Source of the DNA: Chiloscyllium plagiosum
Taxonomy: Eukaryota
Reading direction: 5' to 3'
Assembly: GCF_004010195.1 (NCBI RefSeq)
Contig: NC_057758.1
Location: forward strand, 3,251,881 to 3,315,880
Length of the DNA: 64,000 nucleotides
Position 1 is the stretch's first letter, and every line of letters starts with the position of its first letter. The notes under the pieces are model-generated. The model ran no database searches. It saw nothing but the letters and a program-made list of their open reading frames with translations, and was not told the origin of the DNA. The position numbers and the translations under genes are program-made. This document shows, piece after piece, positions 40,029 to 53,222 of this stretch.

Positions 40029-40602
40029 NNNNNNNNNNNNNNNNNNNNNNNNNNNNNNNNNNNNNNNNNNNNNNNNNNNNNNNNNNNNNNNNNNNNNNNN
40101 NNNNNNNNNNNNNNNNNNNNNNNNNNNNNNNNNNNNNNNNNNNNNNNNNNNNNNNNNNNNNNNNNNNNNNNNNNNNNNNNNNNNNNNNNNNNNNNNNNNN
40201 NNNNNNNNNNNNNNNNNNNNNNNNNNNNNNNNNNNNNNNNNNNNNNNNNNNNNNNNNNNNNNNNNNNNNNNNNNNNNNNNNNNNNNNNNNNNNNNNNNNN
40301 NNNNNNNNNNNNNNNNNNNNNNNNNNNNNNNNNNNNNNNNNNNNNNNNNNNNNNNNNNNNNNNNNNNNNNNNNNNNNNNNNNNNNNNNNNNNNNNNNNNN
40401 NNNNNNNNNNNNNNNNNNNNNNNNNNNNNNNNNNNNNNNNNNNNNNNNNNNNNNNNNNNNNNNNNNNNNNNNNNNNNNNNNNNNNNNNNNNNNNNNNNNN
40501 NNNNNNNNNNNNNNNNNNNNNNNNNNNNNNNNNNNNNNNNNNNNNNNNNNNNNNNNNNNNNNNNNNNNNNNNNNNNNNNNNNNNNNNNNNNNNNNNNNNN
40601 NN
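40029..40602. other. Assembly gap (N run)
   Basis: Run of N. Confidence 1.
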
Positions 40603-40980
40603 AAGCATCCACATCTTTCTTATAATAGGGCGACCAGAACTGGATTCAAAGTGTGGTCTAACCAAAGTTTTATAGAGCTGCAGCAAGATCTCACGACTCT
40701 TAAACTCAATCTCCTTGTTAATGAAAGCCAAAACACCATATGCTTTCTTAACAACCCTGTCCACTTGGGTGGCCATTTTAAGGGATCTATGTACCTGCAC
40801 ACCAAGATCCCTCTGTTCTTCCACACTGCCAAGAATCCTATCCTTAATCCTGTACTCAGCTTTCAAATTCGACTTTCCAAAATGCATCACCTCGCATTTA
40901 TCCAGGTTGAACTCCATCTGCCACCTCTCAGCCCATCTCTGCATCCTGTCAATGTCCCGCTGCAGCCTACAACAGCCCTA
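40603..40980 (-). mobile_element. Young CR1 RT fragment
   Basis: Translates to WAERWQMEFNLDKCEVMHFGK..LQLYKTLVRPH. Confidence 0.93.
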
Positions 40981-42025
40981 TAAATCGAGTATACTTTCTA
41001 ATTCCAGTTTCCCCAACTGGATTCTGGAGAAGTGAGCTCATCAGACTCACAATCCTCTGAGAGAAGCAGTTATTTCTCATCTCAGCTTTTAAACTACATC
41101 TTTTTACTCTATATCCCAGCCCTCTTGGTCGAAACTAACCCACGAAAAAGGAATCATCTGTTCAATGTCCATCTTACCAATTCCCTTTGTACTAAAAGTT
41201 TCTCAATCAGATTACGACTCATTCTTCTGAACTCCATCATGAGGTTCTAGTTCAAGCCCAAGCTAAGTACAGTCCTTTTATTACAGGCTTTTCATGTGTG
41301 GAAGCAACTTGGTGAATCGCCTCTGAACTGCCGCCAGTGCCACCAGACCTGTCCTCAAGAAAACTAACCGAACTTGGACACACAACTGCAACCGTGGTCT
41401 CACGAAGTGTTTATAATTGTAATGACAATTTGTCTTTATATAATTCAGTCCATTTGCAGTAAAAGCCAGGATTCAATTTTCCTTTCTTATTATATTCTGC
41501 ATTGTGTCACACTGGTTCAGGAGGCCCGCAATTAAAGGACCCCAGGTATCGCTTAGGAATCACCAACTAAACGAGATTAGACAGGACGAGTCCATGGAGG
41601 AATTGGAAATCATATATGTTTATATGTCAGCGAGGGGTATAATGAAGGTGGGAAATAAGAAGTGACAAAAGACAGATCCTTTCGGGGCGAGGTGTGTAGG
41701 AGTTTCATAATTGGAGTGAACCATTCAAGAAGATGTTAATCTGAATGGACCCAATTTCAGAAAAGGTTCAAACATGAGAGTGACACCTTTGCGTTTGGAA
41801 GGGTTTTGGATCATCACACAAGCACGATGATACAACACATAGCCGCCGGTATCTGATATAGAGTCAGGATAGACCTAAGAGACAAAATGAAGGTTCCTGC
41901 ATAAGGTCCTAGTGATAACGTCGACTCTCTTGTTCCTCAGATCTACATGACCGCTGAACCTTTCTCCAGCACCATATTTTACCGATTTACAGAGATAATG
42001 GCTTGATACTACTTCACCGAACGAT

Positions 42026-42495
42026 TTTGTAGGTTGCTAAATGGGGATGACCTGAGCTTTAAAGCAGAGCGATTCAATCTCTCCTGAATCGTCATCAATG
42101 ATGGACTGTAACAGTACCAGGAAACCAAAGCGAGAAGGCAGTATGTTTCTCAATCTCCGCTCTGAACGCCTCAGAGTCTTACTGACTTCTGTGGCGAGAC
42201 AAACTATCGATATGCAAACAGAAAGAAATTTCTGCCATCGATAAATTGATGTGCATGTAAAGGATTTGTTCTACCTAAACTGACAGCAAAACTGAGAGGA
42301 CGGACACTTTCGTTAAACATTCACCTCGAAAGAAGAACAGCCTTGCTGCTAGTCTCCATCCTGTCTGCCACTCTTCAGTGAGCTGGCTGCAGGAACTGAG
42401 GTGTCCTTGGGCATTGTCCAACAGCTCACTCTCTTTTGGTGGGGTCCGTCGTCAATCTCTTTGATATTCAACGTCAAATTTCATTGTGCAGCAAG
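42026..42495 (+). pseudogene. Decayed otoancorin-like exon(s)
   Basis: VGC*MGMT*..DSISPES resembles OTOA AGQLVKGVTC..DAMSTDF. C...LG..HSLLVGS..IQRQISLC resembles C...LG..DSLVLDS..VLRKVQQC. Confidence 0.6.
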
Positions 42496-43099
42496 TGTAC
42501 AATGAAGAAAGACAAACAAATCCATAAAATGCCATAAACACCTACTAGGTCCAGAGCTGCTTCAGGTCTTTGGAGTTTTAGTTTTGGCAAGTGGAGTTCA
42601 ATTTAGATAAATGCAATTCATTGCATTTTGGTTAGCCAAGATAGGGCAAGAACTACATTGGCGATGGGACATCTGGGAGTTGTTGTCGAACAGAGAGACC
42701 CAGAGATTCAGGGACACAGATCCTTGAAAATGGTGTCACGGATAGACGGTGTGGTGATGAAAGTGCTTAGCATGCGTTCACGTTAACATGCAGGGCGTGG
42801 AATTAATCCCTTTTGTCTGTGAATGGTTAGTAAATGCTGACTGACCGCTGACTCCATAAAAAGAGTACCCGTGCTCCAGTCAGCTCATTGCGACTCTGAG
42901 GAGCTCAGAGAGAAAATGCAAAGAGCAATGTTTATTCTCCTGAGCTTTCTGGTTCTGGCTGGGCTGATAACTAATTTTGATACGCCTTTCGTTGCAGGTG
43001 GGTGCTTATCTCAATAGGCTTATGGAAGAGCAGGTAAAGCTCATTCAGTTCTTCAAAACCTGCTTCCTCTAATATCGATGACTGTAACATGGATATGAT

Positions 43100-43900
43100 G
43101 GGCTGATTAGTGACAAATGGGATTCTATCAAACCAGTGCGAGGGGATACACTTGGGCAGGCCCAGCAAGGCAAAATGATAGAGGAAGATCGGCAGGAGGC
43201 CCCTGGGGAAGCACTGATAATCACAAGGACACTGGTGTACATTTTCACTGACTTCATAAGATATCCAGACAGGCAGATCAAGTCTTTAAAAAGTTCATAT
43301 GATACTTGCCTTTATTAGCTGAGGTGCAACTTCAAAAAAAGTGATGCTGGAACAGCATAAAGGTTTGCTCAGTCCAGAGTGAGTATATCATGTGCGGTTC
43401 TAGAATATACATCATATGTGATATGCAATTTTACTGGAGAGGGTGCAGAGCAGTTGTGGGGATTTGCCAGGATATTGCCTGGGCTGGGTATTGAAAAGAA
43501 TTTTGACAGACTCGGCTTGCTTTCCTTTTAGAGAAGGAGATTGAGAGGGGACGTGATTGAGATGTATAAATGTATGTGAGGCAGAGATAGGGTAGACAGG
43601 AAGAATGTTTAACCCCTTCATTGGTGGCACAACGAATAGGAAGCATGAGATTAAGGTAACGGGCAGCAATTTTAAAGGAGATGTGAGGAAAAACGTTTTC
43701 ATTCAGAGAGTGGTGGGGTTCAGAAAATCACTGCGTCTAAGTTTGGGAGAGGTAAAACCCTCAAGACACAAAGAAGTATTCAAACATGCGTTTGTGACGC
43801 AAACTCATGCAATACAATGGGCCAAGTACTGGAATATCGGATTTGAATAATGAGGCAGTTGGGACAGTGCGTTGGCCCAAAAGGCCTTCTCCTTTGCTGT
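43100..43900 (+). mobile_element. Degraded CR1 3' part
   Basis: Contains HEIKVTGSNFKGDVRKNVFIQRVV and RRLRGDVIE. Confidence 0.75.
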
Positions 43901-44354
43901 TGCTCTCTGGACCTTACTGACACGGCCGTGGGAAAAGTATTTTACCCAATTTGGAGAGCAATAATATCCTGTCACTTGGAAGATACGGATTTACGACCTG
44001 GGAGGCGGGGATGATAGGGTGGTGATGGGAGATTTGGTGGTGGGGTTTGAAAATGGCATTGTTTTGCTCAGAGAAGGTGATGCCTCACTCCCGAAACCAA
44101 CTATGCCAGGTCAGTTAGATCAGCTTTGAAAAGATGACATGCTGGATTTTTCTTATTGTGTTCTTCCCTGGACGAGGTTGCAGTTGAGAAAGTAAGGATT
44201 CAATACTGAGTTCTTGAAGGAGGTTTGTTGTGGAAATCTGTTTGGCACATTCGAGGGAGAGCATAATTGACCTAGAGAGAGTCCAGAAAAGATGCACACG
44301 AATTGAACTTGAATCTGAACGGGGAACTCTGGAAACTGCAACAATACACATCAG

Positions 44355-45330
44355 GTCCTGTAATGTTGAGCTAAAATGGGCGACTTTATCTTTCGACGAC
44401 CACAGAGCTTTTGGGATCTCTCGGCTTGTGCTGTTACTTTACTGTGGTCCAATTGTTCTCTTCTCCTTATCCCTGGGTAGCATGACAATGGGAATATTGC
44501 AAAGCGTTCTGATTTGTATGTGTATCCGTGATAGCAGGCATCAGGGTTGGCCTGTCTCGATAGCTGCGTCAATAATGTCTCACTTTCTGTTGCCCAGGTA
44601 TTACCTCCCTTTGTGAAGTGCAGGGCGGAGTGTGCAAATAGAATCGCTGTGTTCCAGGAGAAGTTCGCCTTGTTTTGTTTTGCCGCAACAATAAACGCTG
44701 CTGCATGAAGCAATGATTGAGACATTGCGAATTGTCCCACATTTATGCCGCCCTGAGACAGCGATTGATGCTAACTGTATTTCCTGCTGTTCAGGTTCAG
44801 ATCCACTGCATCAATTTAATCACCCCTAAACGATTACATTCTGACCTGTGGCAATAAAACTTAAAACATTGCAGACCCTTGCCTGTTACTCATTTTTCAT
44901 TGTGATTTGTGTGTTTGTTCATACTGACAGAAAGGCAGAGGAGGGGGTTGAGGAAAAGGCAGGGGCGTACTGACATCTTATAGCTCTAACACAGTCAGCA
45001 TTCAGAACCCTTGCTTACCGCCAAGTCCCAGCTTCGATCAGGAGCATTTTATGGTCTATCCCTGCCCCACTAGAAGGACACAAACTCCAGAGTTGAGGGT
45101 GCAGTGGTGTCCACGGATGAAATGACTGGCCGTGGATGTATTCACTGTTGACTCCTAACTCTGTGAGATCTCACTTAGTACGCCCTGACCTGGGAACGGA
45201 GGCCTCTTGCTGACATTCCACCGAGTACCGTCTCTCAGCCAACGAATCCGACCTCCTGGAATTTGAATACCACATAGAGGATGCTCTGAGGGGAGTGAAC
45301 GGCACAGATGGGAATCTGCTTGGGTCAATG
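44355..45330 (+). pseudogene. Decayed mesothelin/otoancorin-like exons (~44355-44794 and ~45003-45330)
   Basis: LSFDDHRAFG resembles MSLN LSEADVRALG, and WPVS..LLP resembles WSVS..LLP. LR/NCPTFMP resembles OTOA LRDCPDLNP. C-x28-VQWC..DVFTVD..LC matches OTOA C-x28-VQQC..DEYTVD..LC. Confidence 0.62.
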
Positions 45331-45829
45331 TAAATGGCTGATCACATCTAACAATGAGTTTCAGACAAAGAAATGATCAGAGGGGGGTTCCATCAATATC
45401 CAACCCCAACTTTATGGGGGCCCAATCAGTTTTGACTAACAACACTGTATCGATTTTGAATATGCCTCTCGTCGAGACAAGTTGAGAAGTGATTATTTTA
45501 TCATATTTAATAAAAGACTGATCCATCCTTATGATGAACAATTATCTGGTCATGACGCCTCCAGTAGAGCTGTAAATACACGTTAACCAACAGTTCATTA
45601 TGGAACAGTTCATTATGAAAGATGCTGGAACTCGGAAAGTTGTTGGTAAAGGATCTACCGATCATTCTTCTCTCCTCTCATCACTTCCTCTCAAACATCC
45701 GTTAGTTTTCCTCTCTCTCTCTCAGTCTTTCTTTATGTTTCCACTTGTCTCTTCTTCCTCTCCCTCTCCATCTCACCCTCTAATTAACCACTTAAATTCT
45801 CGCTCTCCCACTCATATCTACATGTTCCT

Positions 45830-46394
45830 CCATCATGATTTCAAACATACAGCAGTACTACAGAGGAACAGACTCGTGGGCCCGTCGTATCTGTGCAGAT
45901 AAATAATGCGTTTCTAAACTGATCCCATTCGTCTGAACATGGTCAGAAACCCTCCATTTCCTGTGTACTCATGTTTCTGCCCAAATTACTCTGACCCGTT
46001 GCTATCGTGTCTGTTTCTAACACCTGCTCACCAGCTGGCAACGTGTTAAAGGCACTTATCATTTTTTACATTAAAAAGAATCTTGTTTCACATATCCCCG
46101 CTAAAGTTTACCCTTCTCATCTTAAACCTGGTTTCTGATATTTCTACACCGTGAAGAAGACCGTGCAATTTACTCTGTTCATCCCAGTCAGACTTTTCTC
46201 GACCTCGATCAAGTCATGACTTAACCTCTAACTTTCCCATGAAAACAGCCAAAGATTATTGAGCTTCTACTCATGGCAAATGCACCCTAATCCAGGCAGC
46301 ATGCCAGTAAAGCTTTTATACACCCTCTCCAAGGCCACCATGTCTTCCTGTGGTGCGGCAAACAAAGCTGCACACAACGCTTCAAGTGTGACTG
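45830..46394 (-). mobile_element. Old CR1 3' end, probably resuming at ~50830-51045 beyond the younger CR1
   Basis: Degraded CR1 3'UTR/RT C-terminus on both sides of the young element. Confidence 0.6.
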
Positions 46395-49300
46395 TCAGAG
46401 AGTGATAGAGTCATAGAGATGTACAGCATGGAAACAGACCCTTCGGTCCAACCTGTCCATGCCGACCAGATATAACAAACCAATCTAGTCCCACTTGCCA
46501 GCGCCCAGCCCATATCCCTCCAAGCCCTTCCTATTCATATACCCATCCAACGCTTCTGAAATGTTGCAATTGTACTAGCCTCCACCACTTCCTCTGGCAT
46601 CTCATTCCATACACGTACCATCCTCTGTGTGATAAAATTGCCGCTTAGGTCTCTTTTATATCTTTCCCCTCTCACCCTAAACATATGCCGTCTAGTTCTG
46701 AACTCCCCAACCCAAGGGAAAAGACTTTGCCTATTTATCCTATCCATGCCCCTCATAATTTTGTAAACCTCTATAAGGTCATCCCTCAGCCTCCGACGCT
46801 CCCGGGAAAACAGCCCCAGCCTCTTCAGCCTCTCCTTATAGCTCAAATCCTCCAACCCTGGCAACATCTTTTCTGAATCCTTTCAAGTTTCACAACATCT
46901 TTCCGATAGGAAGGAAACCAGAATTGCACGCAATATTCCAACAGTGGTCTAACCAATGTCCTGTACAGCCGCAACATGACCTCCCAACTCCTGTACTCAA
47001 TACTCTGACCAATAAAGGAAAGTATACAAAATGCCATCTTCACTATCATATCAACCTGTGACTCCACTTTCAATGAGCTATGAATTTGCACTCCAAGGTC
47101 TCTTTGTTCAGTAACAATCCCTTGGACCTTAGCATTAAGTGTATAAGTCCTGCTAAGATTTGCTTTCCCAAAATGCAGCACCTCGCATTTATCTGAATTA
47201 AACTCCATCTGCCACTTCTCAGCCCATTGGCCCATCTGGCCCAGATCCTGTTGTAATCTAAAGTAAACCTCTTCGCTGTCCACTACACCTACAATTCCGG
47301 TGTCATCTGCAAACTTACTAACTGTACCTCTTACGCTCGCATCCAAATCATTTATGTAAATGACAAAACGTAGAGGGCCCTGCACTCCACTGGTCACAGG
47401 CCTCCAGTCTGAAAAACAGCCCTCCACCACCAACCTCTGTCTTCTACTTTTGAGCCAGTTCTGTATCCAAATGGCTAGTTCTCCCTGTATTCCATGAGAT
47501 CTAACCTTGCTAATCAGTCTCCCATGGGGAATCTTGTCGAACACCTTACTGAAGTCCATATAGATCACATCTACTGCTCTGCCTTCATCAATCTTCTTTG
47601 TTAATTCTCCAAAAAACTCAATCAAGTTTGTGAGACATGATTTTCCATGCACAAAGCCATGTTGACTATCCCTGATCAGTCCTTGCCTTTCCAAATGCAT
47701 GTCCATTCTGTCCGTCAGGATTCCCTCCAACAACGTGCCCACCACTGAGGTCAGGCTCACCGGTCTATAGTTCCCTGGCTTGTCTTTACCTCTCTTCTTA
47801 AACAGTGGCACCACATTTGCAAACCTCCAGTCTTCCGTCACCTCACCTGTGACTATCAATGATACAAATGGGCGGCACAGTGGCACAGTGGTTAGCACTG
47901 CTGCCTCACAGCGCCAGAGACCCGGGTTCAATTCTCGACTCAGGCGACTGACTGTGTGGAATTTGCACATTCTCCCCGTGTCTGCGTGGGTTTCGTTCGG
48001 GTGCTCCGGTTTCCTCCCACAGTCCAAAGATGTGCAGGTCAGGTGAATTGGCCATGCTAAATTGCCCGTAGTGTTAGGCGAAGGGGTAAATGTAGGGGAA
48101 TGGTTGGGTTGCGCTTCAGCGGGTCGGTGTGGACTTGTTGGGCCGAAAGGCCTGTTTCCACACTGTAAGTAATCTAATCTAAATATCTCAGCAAGAGGCC
48201 CAGCAATCACTTCTCTAGCTTCCCACAGAATATTTGGGGTACACCTGATCAGGGGACGTATCCACCTTTAACCGTTTCAAGACATCCAGCGCTTCCTCCT
48301 CTGTAATCTGGACATTTTGCAAGATGTCACCATCTATTTCCCTACATTCTATATCTTCCATATCCTTTTCCACAGTAAGTACTGATGCAAAATATTCATT
48401 TAATATGTCCCCCATTTTCTGTTGCTCCACACAAAGGCCGCCTTGCTGATCTATGAGGGGCCATATCCTCTCCCTAGTTACCGTTCTGCCCTTAATATAT
48501 TTATAAAAACCCTTTGAATTCTCCTTAATTCTATTTGCCAACGCTATCTCATGTCCCCGTTTTGCCCTCCTGATTTCCCTCTTAAGTATACTCCTACTTT
48601 CTTTATACTGTTCTAAGGATTTACTCGATCTTTCCTGTCTATATCTGACATAATTCCTTCTTTTTCTTAAACTAAACCCTCAATTTCTTTAGTCATCCAG
48701 CATTCCCTATATCTACCAGCCTTTCCTTTCACCCTGACAGGAATATACTTTCGCTGGATTCTCGTTATCTCACTTCTGAAGGCTTCCCATTTTCCAGCCG
48801 TCCCTTTACCTGCAAATATTTGTGCCCAATCAGCTTTTGAAAGTTCTTGTCTAATACTGTCAAAATTGGCCTTTCTCCAATTTAGAACTTTAACTTTTAG
48901 ATCTGGTCTATCCTTTTCCATCACGATTTTAAAACGATTAGAATTATGGTCGCTAGTCCCAAAGTGCTCCGGCACTGACACCTCAGTCACCTGCCCTGCC
49001 TTATTTCCCAAGAGTAGGGCAGGTTTTGCACCTTTTCTCGTAGGTATATCCACATACTGAATCAGAAAATTGTCTTGTACGCACTTAAGAAATTCCTCTC
49101 CATCTAAACCTTTAACACTATGGCAGTCCCAGTCGATGTTTGGAAAGTTAAAATACCCTACCATAACTACCATATTATTCTTAAAGATAGCTGAGATCTC
49201 CTTACAAGTTTGTTTCTCAATTTCCCCCTGGCTTTTAGGGGGTCAATGGTACAATCCCAACAAGGTGATTATCCCTTTCTTATTTCTCACTTCCACCCAA

Positions 49301-50815
49301 ATAACTTCCCTGGATGCATTTCCGGGAATATCCTCCCTCAGTACAGCTGTAATGCTATCTCTTATCAAAAATGTCACTCCCCCTCCTCTCTTGCATCTCT
49401 TTCTATCCTTCCTGTAGCATTTGTATCCTGGAACATTAAGCTGCCAGTCCTGCCATCCCTGAGCCATGTTTCTGTAATTGCTGTGATATCCCAGTCTCAT
49501 GTTTCTAACCATGCCCTGAGTTCATCTGCTTTCTCTGTTAGGCCCTTGGCATTAAAATAAATGCAGTTTAATTTATTAGTACTACCTTGTCCCTGCCTGC
49601 CCTGACTGTTCGACTCACTTCTGTTCTCAACTGTACCAGTCTCAGATTGATCCCTTTCCTCACTATTTCCCTGGATTCCCCCACCCCCACCACCCCCACT
49701 CCCTCTCACCCACCTCACTAGTTTAAATCCTCCCAAGCAGTTCTAGCAAATTTCCCTGCCAGTATATTAGTCCCCTTCCAATTTATGTGCAATCCGTCCT
49801 TCTTGTGCAGGTCATTTCTACCCTAAAAGAGATTCCAATGATCCAAAAATGTGAGTCCTTCCCCCATACACCAGCTCCTCAGCCATGCATTCAAATGCTC
49901 TATCCTCCTATTCCTGCCCTCACTAGCTCATAGCACTGGGAGTAATCCAGATATTACTATCCTTGAGGACCTCCATTTTAAATTTCTGCCTAACTCTCTG
50001 TAATCTCCTTTCAGAATCTCAACCTTTTCCCATCCTATATCGTTGATTCCTGTGTGGACAATCCCCTCTCGCTGGCTCCTCTCCCCCGTGAAAACAGTCT
50101 GCACCCTTTCTGAGAAATCCTTGATCCTGGTACCAGGGAAACAACACACAATTCTGCTTTTACTCTGCTGGCAACAGAAACGTCTGTCTGTACCTCGGAC
50201 TGCAGAATCCCCTAACACAATTGATCTCTTGAAAGCCGACATCCCCTCGTTGCAGTAGAGCCAGTCTCCATACCAGAGACTTGGCTGTTCGTGCTACATT
50301 CTCCTGAGAATCCATCACCTCCTACATTTTCCAAAACAGCATACCTGTTTTAAATCGGTATATTCACAAAAGACTCCTGCCCTAGGTGCCTACCTCCCTT
50401 TCCCTTCCTGGAGTTAACCTATGTATGTGACTATATTTGAGACTTTCCACCCTTCCTATAATTACCATCCATCACATACTGTTGCTGTTGCAAATTCCTC
50501 ATCGCTTCTATCTGTCTCTCCAACCGATCCACTCGATCTGATAAGATTCACATCCAACAGCATTTACGACAGATATAATCCGCAGTAACCATTAAACTCT
50601 CTTTAAACTCTCACATCTGACAAGAAGTAATATCAATGCAAAGGCCATTTTTGCTCCTTCACAGTCTACAGACCCAGAAAATTACACAGTCTTATTCCTC
50701 TACAAAAAACTGCCCCAGCTTAAATTAATAGCTATGGTTTATATTTTAAGTTTATTCAAGGGACTTATCTTCAAAAACATATAATCAAGAAAGAACCCAC
50801 TGTACCCACTAATAC
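46395..50815 (-). mobile_element. Near full-length CR1/HER1-type LINE (5'UTR, ORF1 esterase, APE-RT ORF2, 3'UTR), frameshifted
   Basis: ORF1 has IVLGDSAVRGTDRRFC..CFPG. ORF2 has CIYFNA..ITETW, GYFNFPNIDW, SDHN, NYRPVSLTS, DFSKVFDK and SKFADDT. Tail is agagtcatagag. Confidence 0.97.
47870..48180 (+). mobile_element. Full-length HE1-type SINE inserted antisense into CR1 ORF2
   Basis: Complete head to gtaagtaatctaatct tail, flanked by an aaat duplication. Confidence 0.96.
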
Positions 50816-51049
50816 TGAAGTAATTTATTTTTACAGCTGCCGCATGCTTTGCCAACATTTACACTCAGCGTCATGACTGATGAAGGCTACCGCTCCGCAG
50901 GTCTTCATTACCACATTATCTGTTTTGTTGTCATTTTCAGGCAATGGATTTGCATCCCACGTTTCGTCTGCACATCAATGCTCCTAAGGGTCCTGCCTTA
51001 ATTCTCCTGTATTAATTCTTCTTGCATCTCCCTCCCAAAGTCATGACTT

Positions 51050-52010
51050 CACACTTAGAGTCAGAGAGTCAGAAAGATGCATAGTAAAGAAAATGTCCCT
51101 TCGTTCCAACCCGTCCATGACAACCAGATGTCCTAAATTAATCATGTCCGATTTGCCAGCATTTGGGTCATATGTATTTAAACCCATCCTACTCATGTAT
51201 TCACCGAGATACATTTTAAATATTATAATTATACAAGCCTCCATCACTTCCTCTAGCAGCTCATTTCAGACACACATACACAACCATCTTAGGTCAGTTT
51301 TAAATCTCTGCCACCTATAATCATACCTCGCCACCAGAGGTATATTTCCCTAACCATCCCTAAGTCCTCGCCACCAATCAATCCACCATCCACACTTGGA
51401 ACCTTCACTTGCCGCCACAAGAGCTGTTATACCTTCCCCCTCAACTCTGTTCAAGGCCCCAAAGGATCTTTTCACACCCAACCAAGAGATTTTCCTGCAT
51501 ATCCACCCACCTCAACTATTGTGTCCATTGCTCATGATGTGGTCTCGACTAGATTGGGGTCAGGACGCCAACTCCCATAGCTTTTTATGGAACATCTCAG
51601 GAACATACACCAAACAAACCCACCATACAGTGGCTGACCACGTCAACACCTCCTCATACTCTTCCAAGGACAAGCAAGTCCAGGGCCTCTTCCACCACGA
51701 AATACAAACTACCTGAAAACTGGAAGAAGAACGCCTCATCTTCCACCTTGGGACCATTCAACCACACAACATCAACATCGACTTCGTTAGTTTCCAATGC
51801 TTCCCTCCCTCCACTTCAACCAGGAACCAATGCTCCAACTCGGCATTGCCATCTTGACATGTTATTCCTGTTCATCTTCCTTCCCAAGTATCCATTACAC
51901 TCTCTCCAATGACCTTTCACAATAAAGCTCCACGTGCATCCAGCTGCCGCCTTTCAAATTAGCTTACCCTAGTGTCAACCCCACACTTTTATTTATCTCT
52001 CAGTGCCCTT
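51050..52010. mobile_element. CR1 3'UTR (minus, 51050-51310) and degraded Penelope GIY-YIG end (plus, 51320-52010)
   Basis: Contains KLEEERLIFHLGTIQPHNINIDF, a Penelope-type C-terminus. Confidence 0.75.
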
Positions 52011-52110
52011 CCATACCCCCACCCAGTTTACACGTTTGCTACAAAATGCAAATAGTGTCGATTGAACTGTGAATCTCCTCTGTAATATATATAATATCTG
52101 AAATATTGTC

Positions 52111-52278
52111 ATGGGCCCTTGCTGCAGAAGCAAACAGGAAGTGATACCGTCCCTGTTAAGGGGTATCACTTTGAAGGTAAGAGTTTGTCGTCAATTCAGA
52201 ATTACTCGCCTTGGTTATTAGCCTTACATTCATGACAGCTTTGATCCAAACTACGACAAATAAGGGGAAGCACAAGAG
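52111..52278 (+). pseudogene. Two small candidate exons (..52176 and 52239-52278) around a 62-bp intron
   Basis: Splice signals are aag|gtaaga, gacag| and gag|gtgagt. MGP..LRGITLK resembles OTOA LGP..LSSIATK. Confidence 0.5.
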
Positions 52279-52424
52279 GTGAGTTGAAAGTGACTGCCCT
52301 TCAAAGCCAGGCATCATTTTAGAGAGTTTTGGAATTGAGAATTTTTAGGCAACCGAGAGTCAATGAGACTCCAATCCAGAAGAAAACTCCATTCTTAAGA
52401 AACTGATTCGTTTCTGATTTATTT

Positions 52425-52740
52425 TTTTAGTAGAATCCCTACAGTGTTGAAACATGCCATTCGACCCAACACGTCCACTCCAAGCCTCCAAAGTGTTACC
52501 CACCCAAACCCTTTCACATGCCTATAATTACCCCTGAATACTATGGGCAATTTAGCACGGCCCATTCAACTAACTTACACATCTTTGGATTATGGAAGGA
52601 AACCAGAGCACCCGGAGGAAACTCACGCAGATAAGGGAAAAATGTTCAAATTCCACATTAACAGTCACCCAAGTCAAGAACCGACCCTGGGTTCCTGGCG
52701 CTGTGAGGCAGCAGTGTTAGAAACTGAGCCAGTGTGCTGG
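52425..52740 (-). mobile_element. HE1-type SINE, diverged
   Basis: Carries the antisense signature GNLARPIQLTYTSLDYGRKPEHPEETH. Confidence 0.9.
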
Positions 52741-52934
52741 CCAAAGCCACCATGCTGCTGTTCATTGTATTGTCTAATCACTTTTAATGAGTGCCTGACC
52801 CAACATCCTCGGGATCACTGGTCATTTGCGAGCAGGAAATGTCTTTTCTGTTCAGCTGCCCCATCAAATTGTAATCACTTCAACCACCTACAAATCCCTC
52901 CACTCCCCCCCCTCCCCCCACACAACTCATAATC

Positions 52935-53130
52935 TCGGTGCTGGCAGAACTCTGTACGATCAGAGGGTTAGTTTTAAACAAGTGCCAGACTATTGGAGAG
53001 TCACTGCTGAGGGATCTGCACACCCTTGGAAGGTTAGCGCTAAGGGATTCCTGCAATACTGGCAGATCCGTGCAAAGGCAGAGTGGTCTTGGCACAATTG
53101 GAGAATCAGTACTGAGGGAACAGGGTCTGC
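52935..53130 (+). repeat. Degenerate ~33-bp minisatellite
   Basis: Periodic (g)agagtcactgctgaggga..tgcacac / cagtactgaggga units. Confidence 0.6.
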
Positions 53131-53222
53131 CTGATTGCGAGTTCAGACACAGCTCTCCACTATTGAAAGGGCAGAATAAAACGTTGAGACGAGTTAGTGG
53201 TAAATGAAGTAATTTTACTTAG

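Noticed and set aside
39806..40944. Long ORFs spanning the second gap, and an apparent Penelope-CR1 fusion
   Set aside because: They are artefacts of the N run; adjacency across the gap is unknown.
45060..45330. ZP-domain-like reading (plus) or trypsin-like RIVG reading (minus)
   Set aside because: These need several frameshifts and lack downstream support. The otoancorin-like reading has exact Cys spacing and fits the collinear series.
47870..47945. tRNA gene
   Set aside because: It is the tRNA-derived head of an HE1 SINE, followed by SINE body and tail.
52826..53134. Trp-periodic ORF
   Set aside because: The periodicity comes from the ~33-bp minisatellite.
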